A stretch of DNA of 44,086 nt from Candidatus Sigynarchaeum calidifontis (lineage in GTDB: Archaea > Asgardarchaeota > Lokiarchaeia > Sigyniarchaeales > Sigyniarchaeaceae): the NCBI GenBank assembly GCA_030587475.2, contig JAUQYZ020000024.1, positions 1 to 44,086 of the forward strand, written 5' to 3'. The notes under the pieces were generated by a model. That model saw only the letters and a program-made list of their open reading frames with translations. It made no database searches and was not told where the DNA came from. How positions within the stretch are numbered: position 1 is the stretch's first letter; the number at the start of each line of letters is the position of its first letter. Below are positions 1 to 8,713 of this stretch, piece after piece. A program made the translations under genes and the position numbers.

Positions 1-1113
1 TCCCACGTCATTTTTGGCCAGACCATCGCCGCGTATGTTTTTTGCTTCATTCTTGATGTGGTCGTCATCGGCATAGCCTCGAATGCATACTACGCCGCGC
101 AACGGGTTCAAGTACCTGATCTCGTCGAACAGAGATACAGGGGAAGGGTCAACTCGATCGTGAATCTCATGTCTTTGTTGGGCATGCTAATGCCAGCCAT
201 CCTCACGCTGCTCGCGAACCAATTTCTATCGATCCCTGACCCGCTCGATGCGGGATGCATCGACGGCAATCCAGCAACATCCTGCTCACGAATTCTCACG
301 GCCGAAGGGCACGTGCTCTTGCTATCTGTCGGCGGGCTCGCGATCATGATCGCCGCGATACTTGGCTTCGTGTTCTTGAAAGAAAAAACAGGGCCTGATG
401 CCCTCCCCCCGAAGCTATCATTGACGACCGAGCTTCGTCGGACGTTCAACTTCAAGGAATTGAATAGGCAGAAAGAATTCTTCAAGCTCATCCTTGCGAT
501 GCTGATTTTCATGTCAGGCGTGTCGGCGATACTGTCTTATCTCTTGAACATCATCTTTAATCTCGGTATTCAGACATTTGGCTTGGTCATCATCTTAGGC
601 ATTGCCCTGCCGTCTGTGCTCGTCCTCATTTTTTTGCTGGGGAAATACACGGACAAGCACGGCCGGAAAAAGGTCACGATCCCGACGATATGCATGTCAT
701 GCGCCGGGTTTGCCATGATGCCCTTCATCATCGAGTCCGGCATGATTGCTGACACGGGTAGCGTGGAGCAACTCCCGTCGATCTTGCTCGTTGCCCTCGC
801 CTTCACGTTGATCGTTCTGGGGATGGTCGGCGTGACGGTGCCGGCGTCCACGTGGTCACAGGATTTGTTGCCCGAGGGGAAAAAGGGGCAGTTCAACGGC
901 ATCTACAACATCATCAATACCGTGTCTCAAGTTATAGGCGCGATGACCGCGGGCATCTTCACGACGTATCTGGGCAGCGTCTTTACGAGTAAATTCACGT
1001 GGATCTTCATCATCGTGCCGGTTTTTTTCCTGGCGAGCATCCCCCTCTTCATGAAGGTGAAGGAAACGCTCGTCATTGGAGGCAAGAACGATGCAACGCT
1101 ACCCCCCACGTGA
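1..1113 (+). CDS. MFS transporter (5'-truncated by window edge)
   Basis: Frame is open from base 1; many TM segments; MFS loop motif GKYTDKHGRKK. Confidence 0.9.
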   Translation, partial: SHVIFGQTIAAYVFCFILDVVVIGIASNAYYAAQRVQVPDLVEQRYRGRVNSIVNLMSLLGMLMPAILTLLANQFLSIPDPLDAGCIDGNPATSCSRILTAEGHVLLLSVGGLAIMIAAILGFVFLKEKTGPDALPPKLSLTTELRRTFNFKELNRQKEFFKLILAMLIFMSGVSAILSYLLNIIFNLGIQTFGLVIILGIALPSVLVLIFLLGKYTDKHGRKKVTIPTICMSCAGFAMMPFIIESGMIADTGSVEQLPSILLVALAFTLIVLGMVGVTVPASTWSQDLLPEGKKGQFNGIYNIINTVSQVIGAMTAGIFTTYLGSVFTSKFTWIFIIVPVFFLASIPLFMKVKETLVIGGKNDATLPPT

Positions 1114-1167
1114 TTTCCCGCGCGGGACATCGCGGTAGGAAAGTGACATTGAAGACAAAAAGCATGT

Positions 1168-1683
1168 TCAATCGAGCGTGATGGATTCCTCGCCCCGGTA
1201 CAACGCGAGCACGCCGGAGCGCGCGATCTCCTTGATATTCGCGATCTCGGAGATGAGCTCGATGAACGAGTTGACTTTCCGCTGCGTGCCGACGATCTCG
1301 AGCGTCATGGTCTTGGACGTGACATCGATGACCTTGCCGTTGTAGATGTCGACGAGGGTCATGATCTCTTGCCTCATGTTATTGTCCTTGACCACGACCT
1401 TCACGAGGGCGGATTCGCGCATCGTGGTTTTCGACGGTTCGAGGTGCTGAACCTTCACGATGTCGATGAGCTTGTGCAATTGCTTGATGATCTGCTCGAT
1501 GGTCGCCTCGTCGCCCTCGGCCATGATCGTGATGCGGGAGAAGCCCGGGCGCTCGCTGTGCCCGACCGAAATGCTACTGATGTTGAAGCCCCGGCGAGCA
1601 AACATCCCCGTGATCTTCATCATGACGCCCGGATGATCGTAGACGAGCATCCCGATGCATACTTGCTGGTTTTCGTTTGTCAT
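1168..1683 (-). CDS. ilvN: Acetolactate synthase small (regulatory, ACT) subunit
   Basis: DHPGVMMKITGMFARRGFNISSISVG and EIARSG motifs; SD GAGGTGA precedes the ATG at 1683; follows ilvB. Confidence 0.95.
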   Translation of the reverse strand: MTNENQQVCIGMLVYDHPGVMMKITGMFARRGFNISSISVGHSERPGFSRITIMAEGDEATIEQIIKQLHKLIDIVKVQHLEPSKTTMRESALVKVVVKDNNMRQEIMTLVDIYNGKVIDVTSKTMTLEIVGTQRKVNSFIELISEIANIKEIARSGVLALYRGEESITLD

Positions 1684-1704
1684 GCGTTCGTTCACCTCTT
1701 TATC

Positions 1705-3576
1705 TCATAACTCGTCCTCGAAGAACACGGCAACGTCGTCCTCTTCCTTTTTAATTCGTTCCACCTTGTATCCTTGCTGTTCCGATTCGGTCCGGGGGAG
1801 CCGGCAATACCAGTCATAGATCGACTTCTTTTCCTTCCGCCTGCTGTAGAACACGTTCAGTGCACCGCCGGGATGGAGCATGGGCAGGATGTTCGACTCG
1901 GGCTCGATCATCATCTCGATGATGCACGTCTGATCCGCCTTTTTGGCCTGCTCGAGCGCGCCGGCAACCTGCTCCGGCTTCTCCACGCGGATGCCGGGAA
2001 GCCCGTAGGCATCGGCAAGTTTCACGAAGTCGGGGTAATACTTGCCGTCTTTACAGCCGAGGCACGTGTATGCGTACCGCTTCTCGTAGAGGATTTCTTG
2101 CCACTGGCGGACCATGCCAAGATACTGGTTGTTCATGACGATGATGTTTACCTTGATGTCGTTGTTCTTCACCGTCGCGAGCTCGTGAAGGTTCATTTGG
2201 AAGGATCCATCCCCCGCGACGATCCAGACTTCTGAGCCCGGCTTGGCGACCTTGGCACCGATTCCTGCAGGGAACCCGAAGCCCATGGTACCTAGCCCGC
2301 CGGACGAGATCCAGGTCCGCGGTTTCCTGATGTTGAGATAGTGCGCCGCGAACATCTGTGCCTGGCCGACCTCGGTCACGACGATGTCGTCGGTGGCGAG
2401 GATCTTGTTGAGCTCGAACATGACCTTCTCGGGAATGACCCGGCCTGTCTTGCCGGGTTTTATCGCGTCTGGGATACCGCTGGATTCCTTTAGTTCCTTG
2501 ATGTACTTGTACCACCACGAACGGGTCGTCCCGTTTTTCTGATCGGCGATGCGCCGCTTGACTTGGTCGAGGAACTCTTGCAGCGCTAGCTTGAGATCCG
2601 CCACGATCGGCACGTCGACTGGTACATTCTTGCCGATCTCGGCGGTGTCGATATCGACGTGGATGATCTTCGCAGATGGCTGCCCGGGGAAATGTGCCAG
2701 GTCCCCGGTGATCCGGTCGGAGAACCGCGTGCCCAACGCGAGGATCGCGTCTGCCTCGGAGACCGCGAAGTTCGACCGCTTGCGGCCGTGCATGCCGAGC
2801 ATGCCGAGCACGTACGGGTGGTCATCGCTGATCACCCCCTTGCCCATGAGCGTGTACACGACGGGGATGCGGAGCAGGTTGACCAGATCCTCCAGTTCCT
2901 TGCTAGCATTGGCAAGCGCGACACCGCCCCCCGCGATGATGACCGGATATTGCGCGTTGAAGAGGATGTCGAGGGCTCGCTTGATCTGGAGCGATGCACC
3001 CTTGGAAAAGACTCGAGGATTGTAGGACACGAGCTCGATCTTGTCGGGAATGGGCTCGGCCAAGGTGGTCTCGGCAACCTGCACGTCGCGCGGGAGATCT
3101 ATGAACACAGGGCCTGGACGTCCGGTCGTGGCGATGTACGCCGCCTCCTTGAAGACCCGCCCGAGCATGTTCACGTCCTTGACCTGGTAGTTTTGCTTGG
3201 TGACAGCCATGGTACAGCCAACGACATCCGCCTCCTGGAACGCGTCGTTCCCCACGAGCCACGTGGAAACCTGGCCCGAGAAGGCAAGCACGGGGCTGCT
3301 ATCATAATATGCATTTGCCAGGGCAGTCACGAGGTTCGTCGCCCCCGGCCCGCTGGTCGTCACGCACACGCCGAGCTTGCCCGATGCCCTTGCAAAACCA
3401 TCGGCCGCGTGGCCAGCGGATTGCTCGTGCCGGACAAGGATCATGCGAATGTCATTTTCGGCATAAATGCGGTCAAAGAACGGCATGATCTGGCCGCCAG
3501 GATAGCCAAAGAGCGTGGTATTTTTCGTGTCTTTGAGAAACTTGACGATGATGTCCGTTCCGATAATGGTTATCAC
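1705..3576 (-). CDS. ilvB: Acetolactate synthase large subunit
   Basis: FGYPGG, RHEQSAGHAADG, TSGPGATN, SGGLGTMGFG, ThDP motif GDGSFQMN...NNQYLGMVRQWQ. Confidence 0.97.
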   Translation of the reverse strand: MITIIGTDIIVKFLKDTKNTTLFGYPGGQIMPFFDRIYAENDIRMILVRHEQSAGHAADGFARASGKLGVCVTTSGPGATNLVTALANAYYDSSPVLAFSGQVSTWLVGNDAFQEADVVGCTMAVTKQNYQVKDVNMLGRVFKEAAYIATTGRPGPVFIDLPRDVQVAETTLAEPIPDKIELVSYNPRVFSKGASLQIKRALDILFNAQYPVIIAGGGVALANASKELEDLVNLLRIPVVYTLMGKGVISDDHPYVLGMLGMHGRKRSNFAVSEADAILALGTRFSDRITGDLAHFPGQPSAKIIHVDIDTAEIGKNVPVDVPIVADLKLALQEFLDQVKRRIADQKNGTTRSWWYKYIKELKESSGIPDAIKPGKTGRVIPEKVMFELNKILATDDIVVTEVGQAQMFAAHYLNIRKPRTWISSGGLGTMGFGFPAGIGAKVAKPGSEVWIVAGDGSFQMNLHELATVKNNDIKVNIIVMNNQYLGMVRQWQEILYEKRYAYTCLGCKDGKYYPDFVKLADAYGLPGIRVEKPEQVAGALEQAKKADQTCIIEMMIEPESNILPMLHPGGALNVFYSRRKEKKSIYDWYCRLPRTESEQQGYKVERIKKEEDDVAVFFEDEL

Positions 3577-3612
3577 GTCCCGTGGTTCATGATGCTCGAT
3601 GCAGCATAAATA

Positions 3613-3663
3613 GCATGGTGGTCGCGCAAGAGGAAGGAGGAGGATTGCGCGAGCCGATCATGC
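3613..3663 (-). promoter_or_regulatory. Putative attenuator hairpin between leader peptide and ilvB
   Basis: Minus strand reads GCAUG-AUC-GG-C-UCGCGCAA [loop UCCUCCUCCUUCCUC] UUGCGCGA-CC-AC-CAUGC then UAUUUAU; the stem overlaps the leader stop codon. Confidence 0.65.
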
Positions 3664-3738
3664 GATGACCAGGATACCGATAATTACGAGCACGACAAGT
3701 ACATGCACGGTTACCAGGGATATCGGTATTCTCATCAT
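3658..3738 (-). CDS. Putative ilv leader peptide MMRIPISLVTVHVLVVLVIIGILVIA (26 aa)
   Basis: Manually translated; 6 Ile + 4 Leu + 7 Val; SD AGGAAGGAG at 3753-3745; ends 81 nt before the ilvB GTG. Confidence 0.8.
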   Translation of the reverse strand: MMRIPISLVTVHVLVVLVIIGILVIA

Positions 3739-3779
3739 TGCAGTCTCCTTCCTTAGACCAAGCTAATAAGGACATGCGG

Positions 3780-3786
3780 TTTTAAA
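3780..3786 (-). promoter_or_regulatory. TATA-like box of leader-ilvBN transcript
   Basis: TTTAAAA about 42 nt upstream of the leader ATG, placing the inferred TSS near 3755. Confidence 0.55.
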
Positions 3787-4050
3787 TGCTTGCGGTTATT
3801 CGGACTTGAAGCCGAGGACGTTCATGGACGCATCGAGGGCGATGGCCCCGGCATGTTTTTTCGTGGAAAAGGCTTCGTTTTCGGGGCATTGCAAGAACTC
3901 GGTTTCCGTACACGTTTCGATGGTAAACGGCACCTCGATCGCGGCTTGATTGCCGACCCTGGCATCACGGGGCTTTCCAACATCGAACCGGGCCATGCTG
4001 GTGAAGCCCAAGTGCCCCGACCCGCCCGCCACGGAAATCAGCCATCATCG

Positions 4051-4851
4051 TTACTTGGCCAAGACTTTGAACGCCCAATAATGCAAGCGCATCGGGCCTG
4101 TCGATTTTTCCTGCTCGCCTCTTTGGTATATCGTCGTGAACCCCGTGTACAAATTGTTGCTGACCACGGCGTGAATCGAGGGGTCGTGGAAGAGAACATT
4201 CATCTCCGCGGTGGACAACGGCTCGTCATGGTCGATGTTCACGAGGCCAGGGCCTTGGAAGGCGCTCCTGGCGAAGGGAAAACTGACGCGGCGGAAGTCG
4301 CCCAGGTACTTCTGGCATGCCTGTCCCGCAGCCCCGCCAATGGTCTCATCGCCGGGAAGGAGTAAAATACTATGAGGCGACGCGAAGATGACCGTCGCAG
4401 CGGGCCCTCCTTGATTCTCGTCGGGGGCAATCCGTGCGCGTGCAGGACCCGCTGCGAACGCGAGCAAGTAGTAACCTTCGCCGATGCGAACCGTGCATTG
4501 CGGCGCGATACCCGTTTCCCAGAACGAATCGCGGCGGATGGTGGACAGCGAGTCCACGCGGAACTGGATCCCGGCCTTGCCGAACGGCAAGGAGACTCTC
4601 TCCATGTCCTCGAAGAATTGTCGCTGGCGCTCGATTTCGGCTCGGATCCCTGGTTCGATGGAAGAGGCAGGCAGATCGATGGCACCCTTGAGGGAAGAGA
4701 ACATCTCATCGTAAGCCTCCTTGGCGGCACCGAGATAAAAAGCTTCATCGATGGGCTCCCGCCGGTAAACGTCGATGGCGATTGCTTTGGAAATCTCGGC
4801 GATCGCTCGCACGAACCCGAGGCGTGCGGTAGCGTCGGCATCATCCGCCAT
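4051..4851 (-). CDS. Hypothetical protein (266 aa)
   Basis: ATG-started ORF with protein-like composition; no family recognised. Confidence 0.7.
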   Translation of the reverse strand: MADDADATARLGFVRAIAEISKAIAIDVYRREPIDEAFYLGAAKEAYDEMFSSLKGAIDLPASSIEPGIRAEIERQRQFFEDMERVSLPFGKAGIQFRVDSLSTIRRDSFWETGIAPQCTVRIGEGYYLLAFAAGPARARIAPDENQGGPAATVIFASPHSILLLPGDETIGGAAGQACQKYLGDFRRVSFPFARSAFQGPGLVNIDHDEPLSTAEMNVLFHDPSIHAVVSNNLYTGFTTIYQRGEQEKSTGPMRLHYWAFKVLAK

Positions 4852-5013
4852 GGTAGATCAGAAGTTCTATTGCACCTTTTCGATATGAATCTATCGTTGA
4901 AGGTAACATTTCATTCGGAATTGCCATGGCAGAGACATGACACGACGATTAGATGGGTTGAATTTGCATGAATACCTAGATAATATCATTGCTTACGAAC
5001 CGACATTCATCAG

Positions 5014-5709
5014 ATGGAACACATGGAACCGGTAATCCGGGAAGTAGCACCGGGCATCATCGTCGCCATGGCGGAAGACCAGATATGCGGCACGTGGGTT
5101 CTATACCACGGGGTTTCTTGCTTCATCGTCGAAATGCCACCGAAGGCCATCGATGGCGACACGATTCCCGCGCTATTAATTTCCAAGTGTATTGAAGAAA
5201 AAGGGCTCATACCTGTAGGATTGACGTTTACGCACGCGCACTTCGACCACATAGATGGAATCTCGATTTACTGGGACGTGCTTGCCGATTACCCCGATAT
5301 GAAATTTATATGTCACGAATCGGCAATCAAATTTGCCCCGAAGCTCAAAACTTATTTCGACACCGTATTTAGCGAGGATATCTACGAGACCAACATCGAG
5401 GGCGAGCCGCTGTACTTGATCCACGCGCCCAAGCATTCAGCTTCAGACGTGATGATCATATTCAGGGGCACGATGATTACCGGGGATTGGTGGCTTGGAT
5501 GGGGCGATCCGAACTGGAACAAGATCCCAGCAGCCACTTCCATCAAATCGATTGACCGGCTTCTTGAATTCTTGAAGAATCACAGGTATGTCGTCACCCG
5601 GCTGTTCTCCGCGCACGCGAATGACTTCCGGTATGGCGTGAACGTCGAGTCGGTCTTGCTGGAGACCCGCCGGTACCACGAGATGAAACTCGAAAAGGAA
5701 CGACAGTAA
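5014..5709 (+). CDS. MBL-fold metallo-hydrolase
   Basis: THAHFDHIDG (HxHxDH), followed by H, TGD and terminal SAH motifs. Confidence 0.9.
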   Translation: MEHMEPVIREVAPGIIVAMAEDQICGTWVLYHGVSCFIVEMPPKAIDGDTIPALLISKCIEEKGLIPVGLTFTHAHFDHIDGISIYWDVLADYPDMKFICHESAIKFAPKLKTYFDTVFSEDIYETNIEGEPLYLIHAPKHSASDVMIIFRGTMITGDWWLGWGDPNWNKIPAATSIKSIDRLLEFLKNHRYVVTRLFSAHANDFRYGVNVESVLLETRRYHEMKLEKERQ

Positions 5710-5729
5710 AGGAATAAAAACAAGTCGGG

Positions 5730-7193
5730 CTATATCTTTCCTTCCTTGCGAAGTTTTTCTATGAATTCGCGCTCTTTTTGCTCGTGGATCGCCTTCAACT
5801 TCTCTTTATTGGCCTTCCATTCCGGGGTGTCGAGCGGGTAAAATTTAATGATGGCTGCGGCGACAAACAAGAATATCGCGGGGACGATGCATATCGCGAT
5901 CATTATCCCAACCCGCAGCATGAACGGCCCCGGCACGCTTATCGTCGCATTCGGATCGTAGCCGTACGCCCCGATTATGAGGAGGAACAGCCAGTTGGCT
6001 ATCGAAACAGCGGGTTTCGTGATCAATGCCTCGACTCCCGCGTAGGTCGTCTCGCGCCTCTTCCCCGTGCGAAGCTCGTCGTTGTCGACCGTGTCGGAAA
6101 ACAGAATCCCCGGCGAGATCAATGTTGCGGAATAGGTAACCCCGATGATACAAAAACCGACCAATGCCGTGGCGAATTCCATGCCAATGAAAAACGTGAT
6201 GATGAAAGCTATACCACCAAAGACAAGGCCGAAAAGCAAGATCTTCTTTGCCCCGTATTTGGCCATCAACTTGTTATAGATGAGCACGAATACGATGGCC
6301 ACGAGCAAGACGGCGATGATCGGTATCATGCTCAAGATGCCACCTTGAAGACCGAGAACGTATTTCACGTAATACGTGATGCTGCTCACGAGGGTCGTCG
6401 TCATGATGACGATGCAGAACTTGGCACCCTCGAATATGAGGAAAGGCTTGTTTTTAGCGGTCTCCACGAGGCTTTGCTTGAAACCGAGCGATTCTTCCAC
6501 GATGGCATATCTATTCTCTTTGATGTAATAGCTCGATGCAAAGATGATGGCCCCGCATGCGATGCCGATGCTGACCATCACCGGCCGAACAACAAAATTC
6601 AGTTCATAATTCGTGATCGTCTTCGTGAGCATAAAAATAGGCAAGACATTCGAGACAACTATGCCAATGACGCCGATCAAGGTTGACCAGGTAATCAAGT
6701 TTGATCGGGCCTTCTGCGTGAACGTCATCTCTGCCGGAAGGGCATACGTGATGAGCCCTATCATGGTGAACATCGTGTCGAGCGCGAAGAGCACGAAGAG
6801 CATGTTGAAGAACAAGCCGATCTGGTTCGAGTTGTCGGTGAAGGGATACCAGCAGAGCACGAAGGCGAGCACGTAAAAAGGCGCCCCGTACCGCAAGTAA
6901 GGCACCCGGCGCCCGAGGCCCGATTTCGTGCGATCTTCGATGATGCCAAACAAGGGATCGTTTATAGCGTTCCAGATACCGAAGATCAACCAGACAAGCC
7001 CGGCCAGGTCGGGACGGATCTTCAAGATGTCCGTGTAAAAGAAGGTGATGGCGCTGAAGCCCATCCCGGACAGGATCCCGTTCGCCATGCTCGCCATCGA
7101 GAAGCCGAACTTGTATTTTTTCGGCAAGACCTCCTCGAACGGCTCCCTGTCGGGCGTCCCAGTCGTGTATCGATTTTTTTTATCCGAGGCCAT
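5730..7193 (-). CDS. MFS transporter, GPH (MelB-like glycoside:cation symporter) family
   Basis: WNAINDPLFG...GRRVPY, DNDELRTGKRRE, YPL motifs; about 12 TM. Confidence 0.92.
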   Translation of the reverse strand: MASDKKNRYTTGTPDREPFEEVLPKKYKFGFSMASMANGILSGMGFSAITFFYTDILKIRPDLAGLVWLIFGIWNAINDPLFGIIEDRTKSGLGRRVPYLRYGAPFYVLAFVLCWYPFTDNSNQIGLFFNMLFVLFALDTMFTMIGLITYALPAEMTFTQKARSNLITWSTLIGVIGIVVSNVLPIFMLTKTITNYELNFVVRPVMVSIGIACGAIIFASSYYIKENRYAIVEESLGFKQSLVETAKNKPFLIFEGAKFCIVIMTTTLVSSITYYVKYVLGLQGGILSMIPIIAVLLVAIVFVLIYNKLMAKYGAKKILLFGLVFGGIAFIITFFIGMEFATALVGFCIIGVTYSATLISPGILFSDTVDNDELRTGKRRETTYAGVEALITKPAVSIANWLFLLIIGAYGYDPNATISVPGPFMLRVGIMIAICIVPAIFLFVAAAIIKFYPLDTPEWKANKEKLKAIHEQKEREFIEKLRKEGKI

Positions 7194-7382
7194 TGTTATC
7201 GATGGATCGTAGCCGCGCGTCCTTTTGTAAGTACCATCTCCCGCTTGTCATGTAGTTTTTTTTTTGAGCTGGGGCCGCATTGTCAACGAACGATCAGCAT
7301 GATGAACTTGAACACACCAAGAAACGTGCCACGCGGGGAACATGTCCAACCCCGACTTGCCAAAGGAACGGGGATTTAAATC

Positions 7383-8678
7383 ATGAACGACCGGATCGAG
7401 ACTGACATCGTGATTTCTGGCGGAGGACTTGCCGGCTGCCTGGCAGCGATCGCTGCCAAGCGCGTGAACCCAAAAGCGAGCGTTTACTTGATCGAGCGGT
7501 ACGGGTTCCTCGGCGGGATGGCGACCGCTGGCTTTGTCTTTCCATACATGCGATACAGCACGATGGTGTCGGGCAAAGCCAAGCGACTATGCGGGGGCTT
7601 GTTCAAGGAACTAAATGACCGCATGGTCGAAGCCGGGTACATGCACGACGCGAGGAGCGAGTTCCCCACCAGGTTCGACCCCGCGATGTTGCGTTGCATC
7701 CTCGACGAGATGGTTCTGGAAGCCGGGGTGTCCCTCTTGTTTCACGGGCTCGTGAATCGCGTGGTGACCAGCGATGCACCCGGTGGCATCAAGCGGGTCG
7801 AGTCGGCCGACGTCCAGACCAAGGCCGGCACGATAAAGGCCAGTGCCCGGTATTTCATCGATGCCACGGGCGACGCGGATATCGTGTTTCACGCGGGCGG
7901 CGAGGTGCAAGTGGGCCGCGAAAGCGACGGGCTCGTCCAGCCAGCCACGCTGAACTTCCGCATGGGTCACCTGGGCATCATGCGACCGGCGCGCATCCAG
8001 ATCGCCATGAAAATACGACAAGAGAAGTCGAGGGGTAACCCGCTCACGCCGCGGGACGACTGCCTCGCCTTCGATGCCGGGAACGGGCGGCTGCATTTTA
8101 ACCAGACGCGCGTGGCCGGGTTCGACTTCACCGATCCTGCCGCCATGACCGCGGCAGAGATCGAGGGCCGCAAGCAAGCCCGCCGGTTCATCGACTTCTT
8201 GCGGGGGAAGGTGCCCGGCTTCAAGCATGCCGTGGTCGAGGGGCTCGGCACGCAACTCGGCGTGCGCGAGACGAGGCGCATCGTCGGCGAGCACGTACTA
8301 ACGGAGCACGAATTGCGCGGTTGCGAGCAATTCCCCGATCGCATCGCGCTGGGCAATTACCCTGTCGACATCCACGACCCCAAGGGTTCCGCCAGCACGG
8401 ACATCCGGCGCATCCCGGCAGGCAAATGGTATAGCATCCCCTACCGGTGCCTCGTGCCAAGGGGTATATCGAACGTGCTCGTCGCGGGCCGCCCTGTCTC
8501 GGCAACGCACGTGGCACACTCGGCCATCCGGGTCATGCCCATCTGCGCGGTCATCGGCCACGCTGCCGGCGTCGCGGTAGGCCTGGCATCGAAGCATGAT
8601 GCAAACATCGCGCTGAAAGACGTGCCGATCGGCGAGATCCAGGACATCCTTAGGCAGCAAGGCGCCGTCCTCGAGTGA
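7383..8678 (+). CDS. FAD-dependent oxidoreductase (FAD_oxidored-type)
   Basis: GGGLAG, ERYGFLGGMAT, IDATGDAD, GVRETRRIVG, YSIPYRCLVP. Confidence 0.9.
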   Translation: MNDRIETDIVISGGGLAGCLAAIAAKRVNPKASVYLIERYGFLGGMATAGFVFPYMRYSTMVSGKAKRLCGGLFKELNDRMVEAGYMHDARSEFPTRFDPAMLRCILDEMVLEAGVSLLFHGLVNRVVTSDAPGGIKRVESADVQTKAGTIKASARYFIDATGDADIVFHAGGEVQVGRESDGLVQPATLNFRMGHLGIMRPARIQIAMKIRQEKSRGNPLTPRDDCLAFDAGNGRLHFNQTRVAGFDFTDPAAMTAAEIEGRKQARRFIDFLRGKVPGFKHAVVEGLGTQLGVRETRRIVGEHVLTEHELRGCEQFPDRIALGNYPVDIHDPKGSASTDIRRIPAGKWYSIPYRCLVPRGISNVLVAGRPVSATHVAHSAIRVMPICAVIGHAAGVAVGLASKHDANIALKDVPIGEIQDILRQQGAVLE

Positions 8679-8713
8679 GTTGCCTTTATTTTCCCACCCG
8701 CCAACCTCGTACC

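Noticed and set aside
3587-3775. 62-aa ORF-track call upstream of ilvB
   Set aside because: Different frame from the ILV-rich leader, starts upstream of the inferred TSS and has no protein-like features.
3796-4050. 78-aa ORF in the same frame as 4051-4851 (possible readthrough or split gene)
   Set aside because: Two stops (TAA CGA TGA) intervene and no family is recognisable, so neither readthrough nor a separate gene can be supported.
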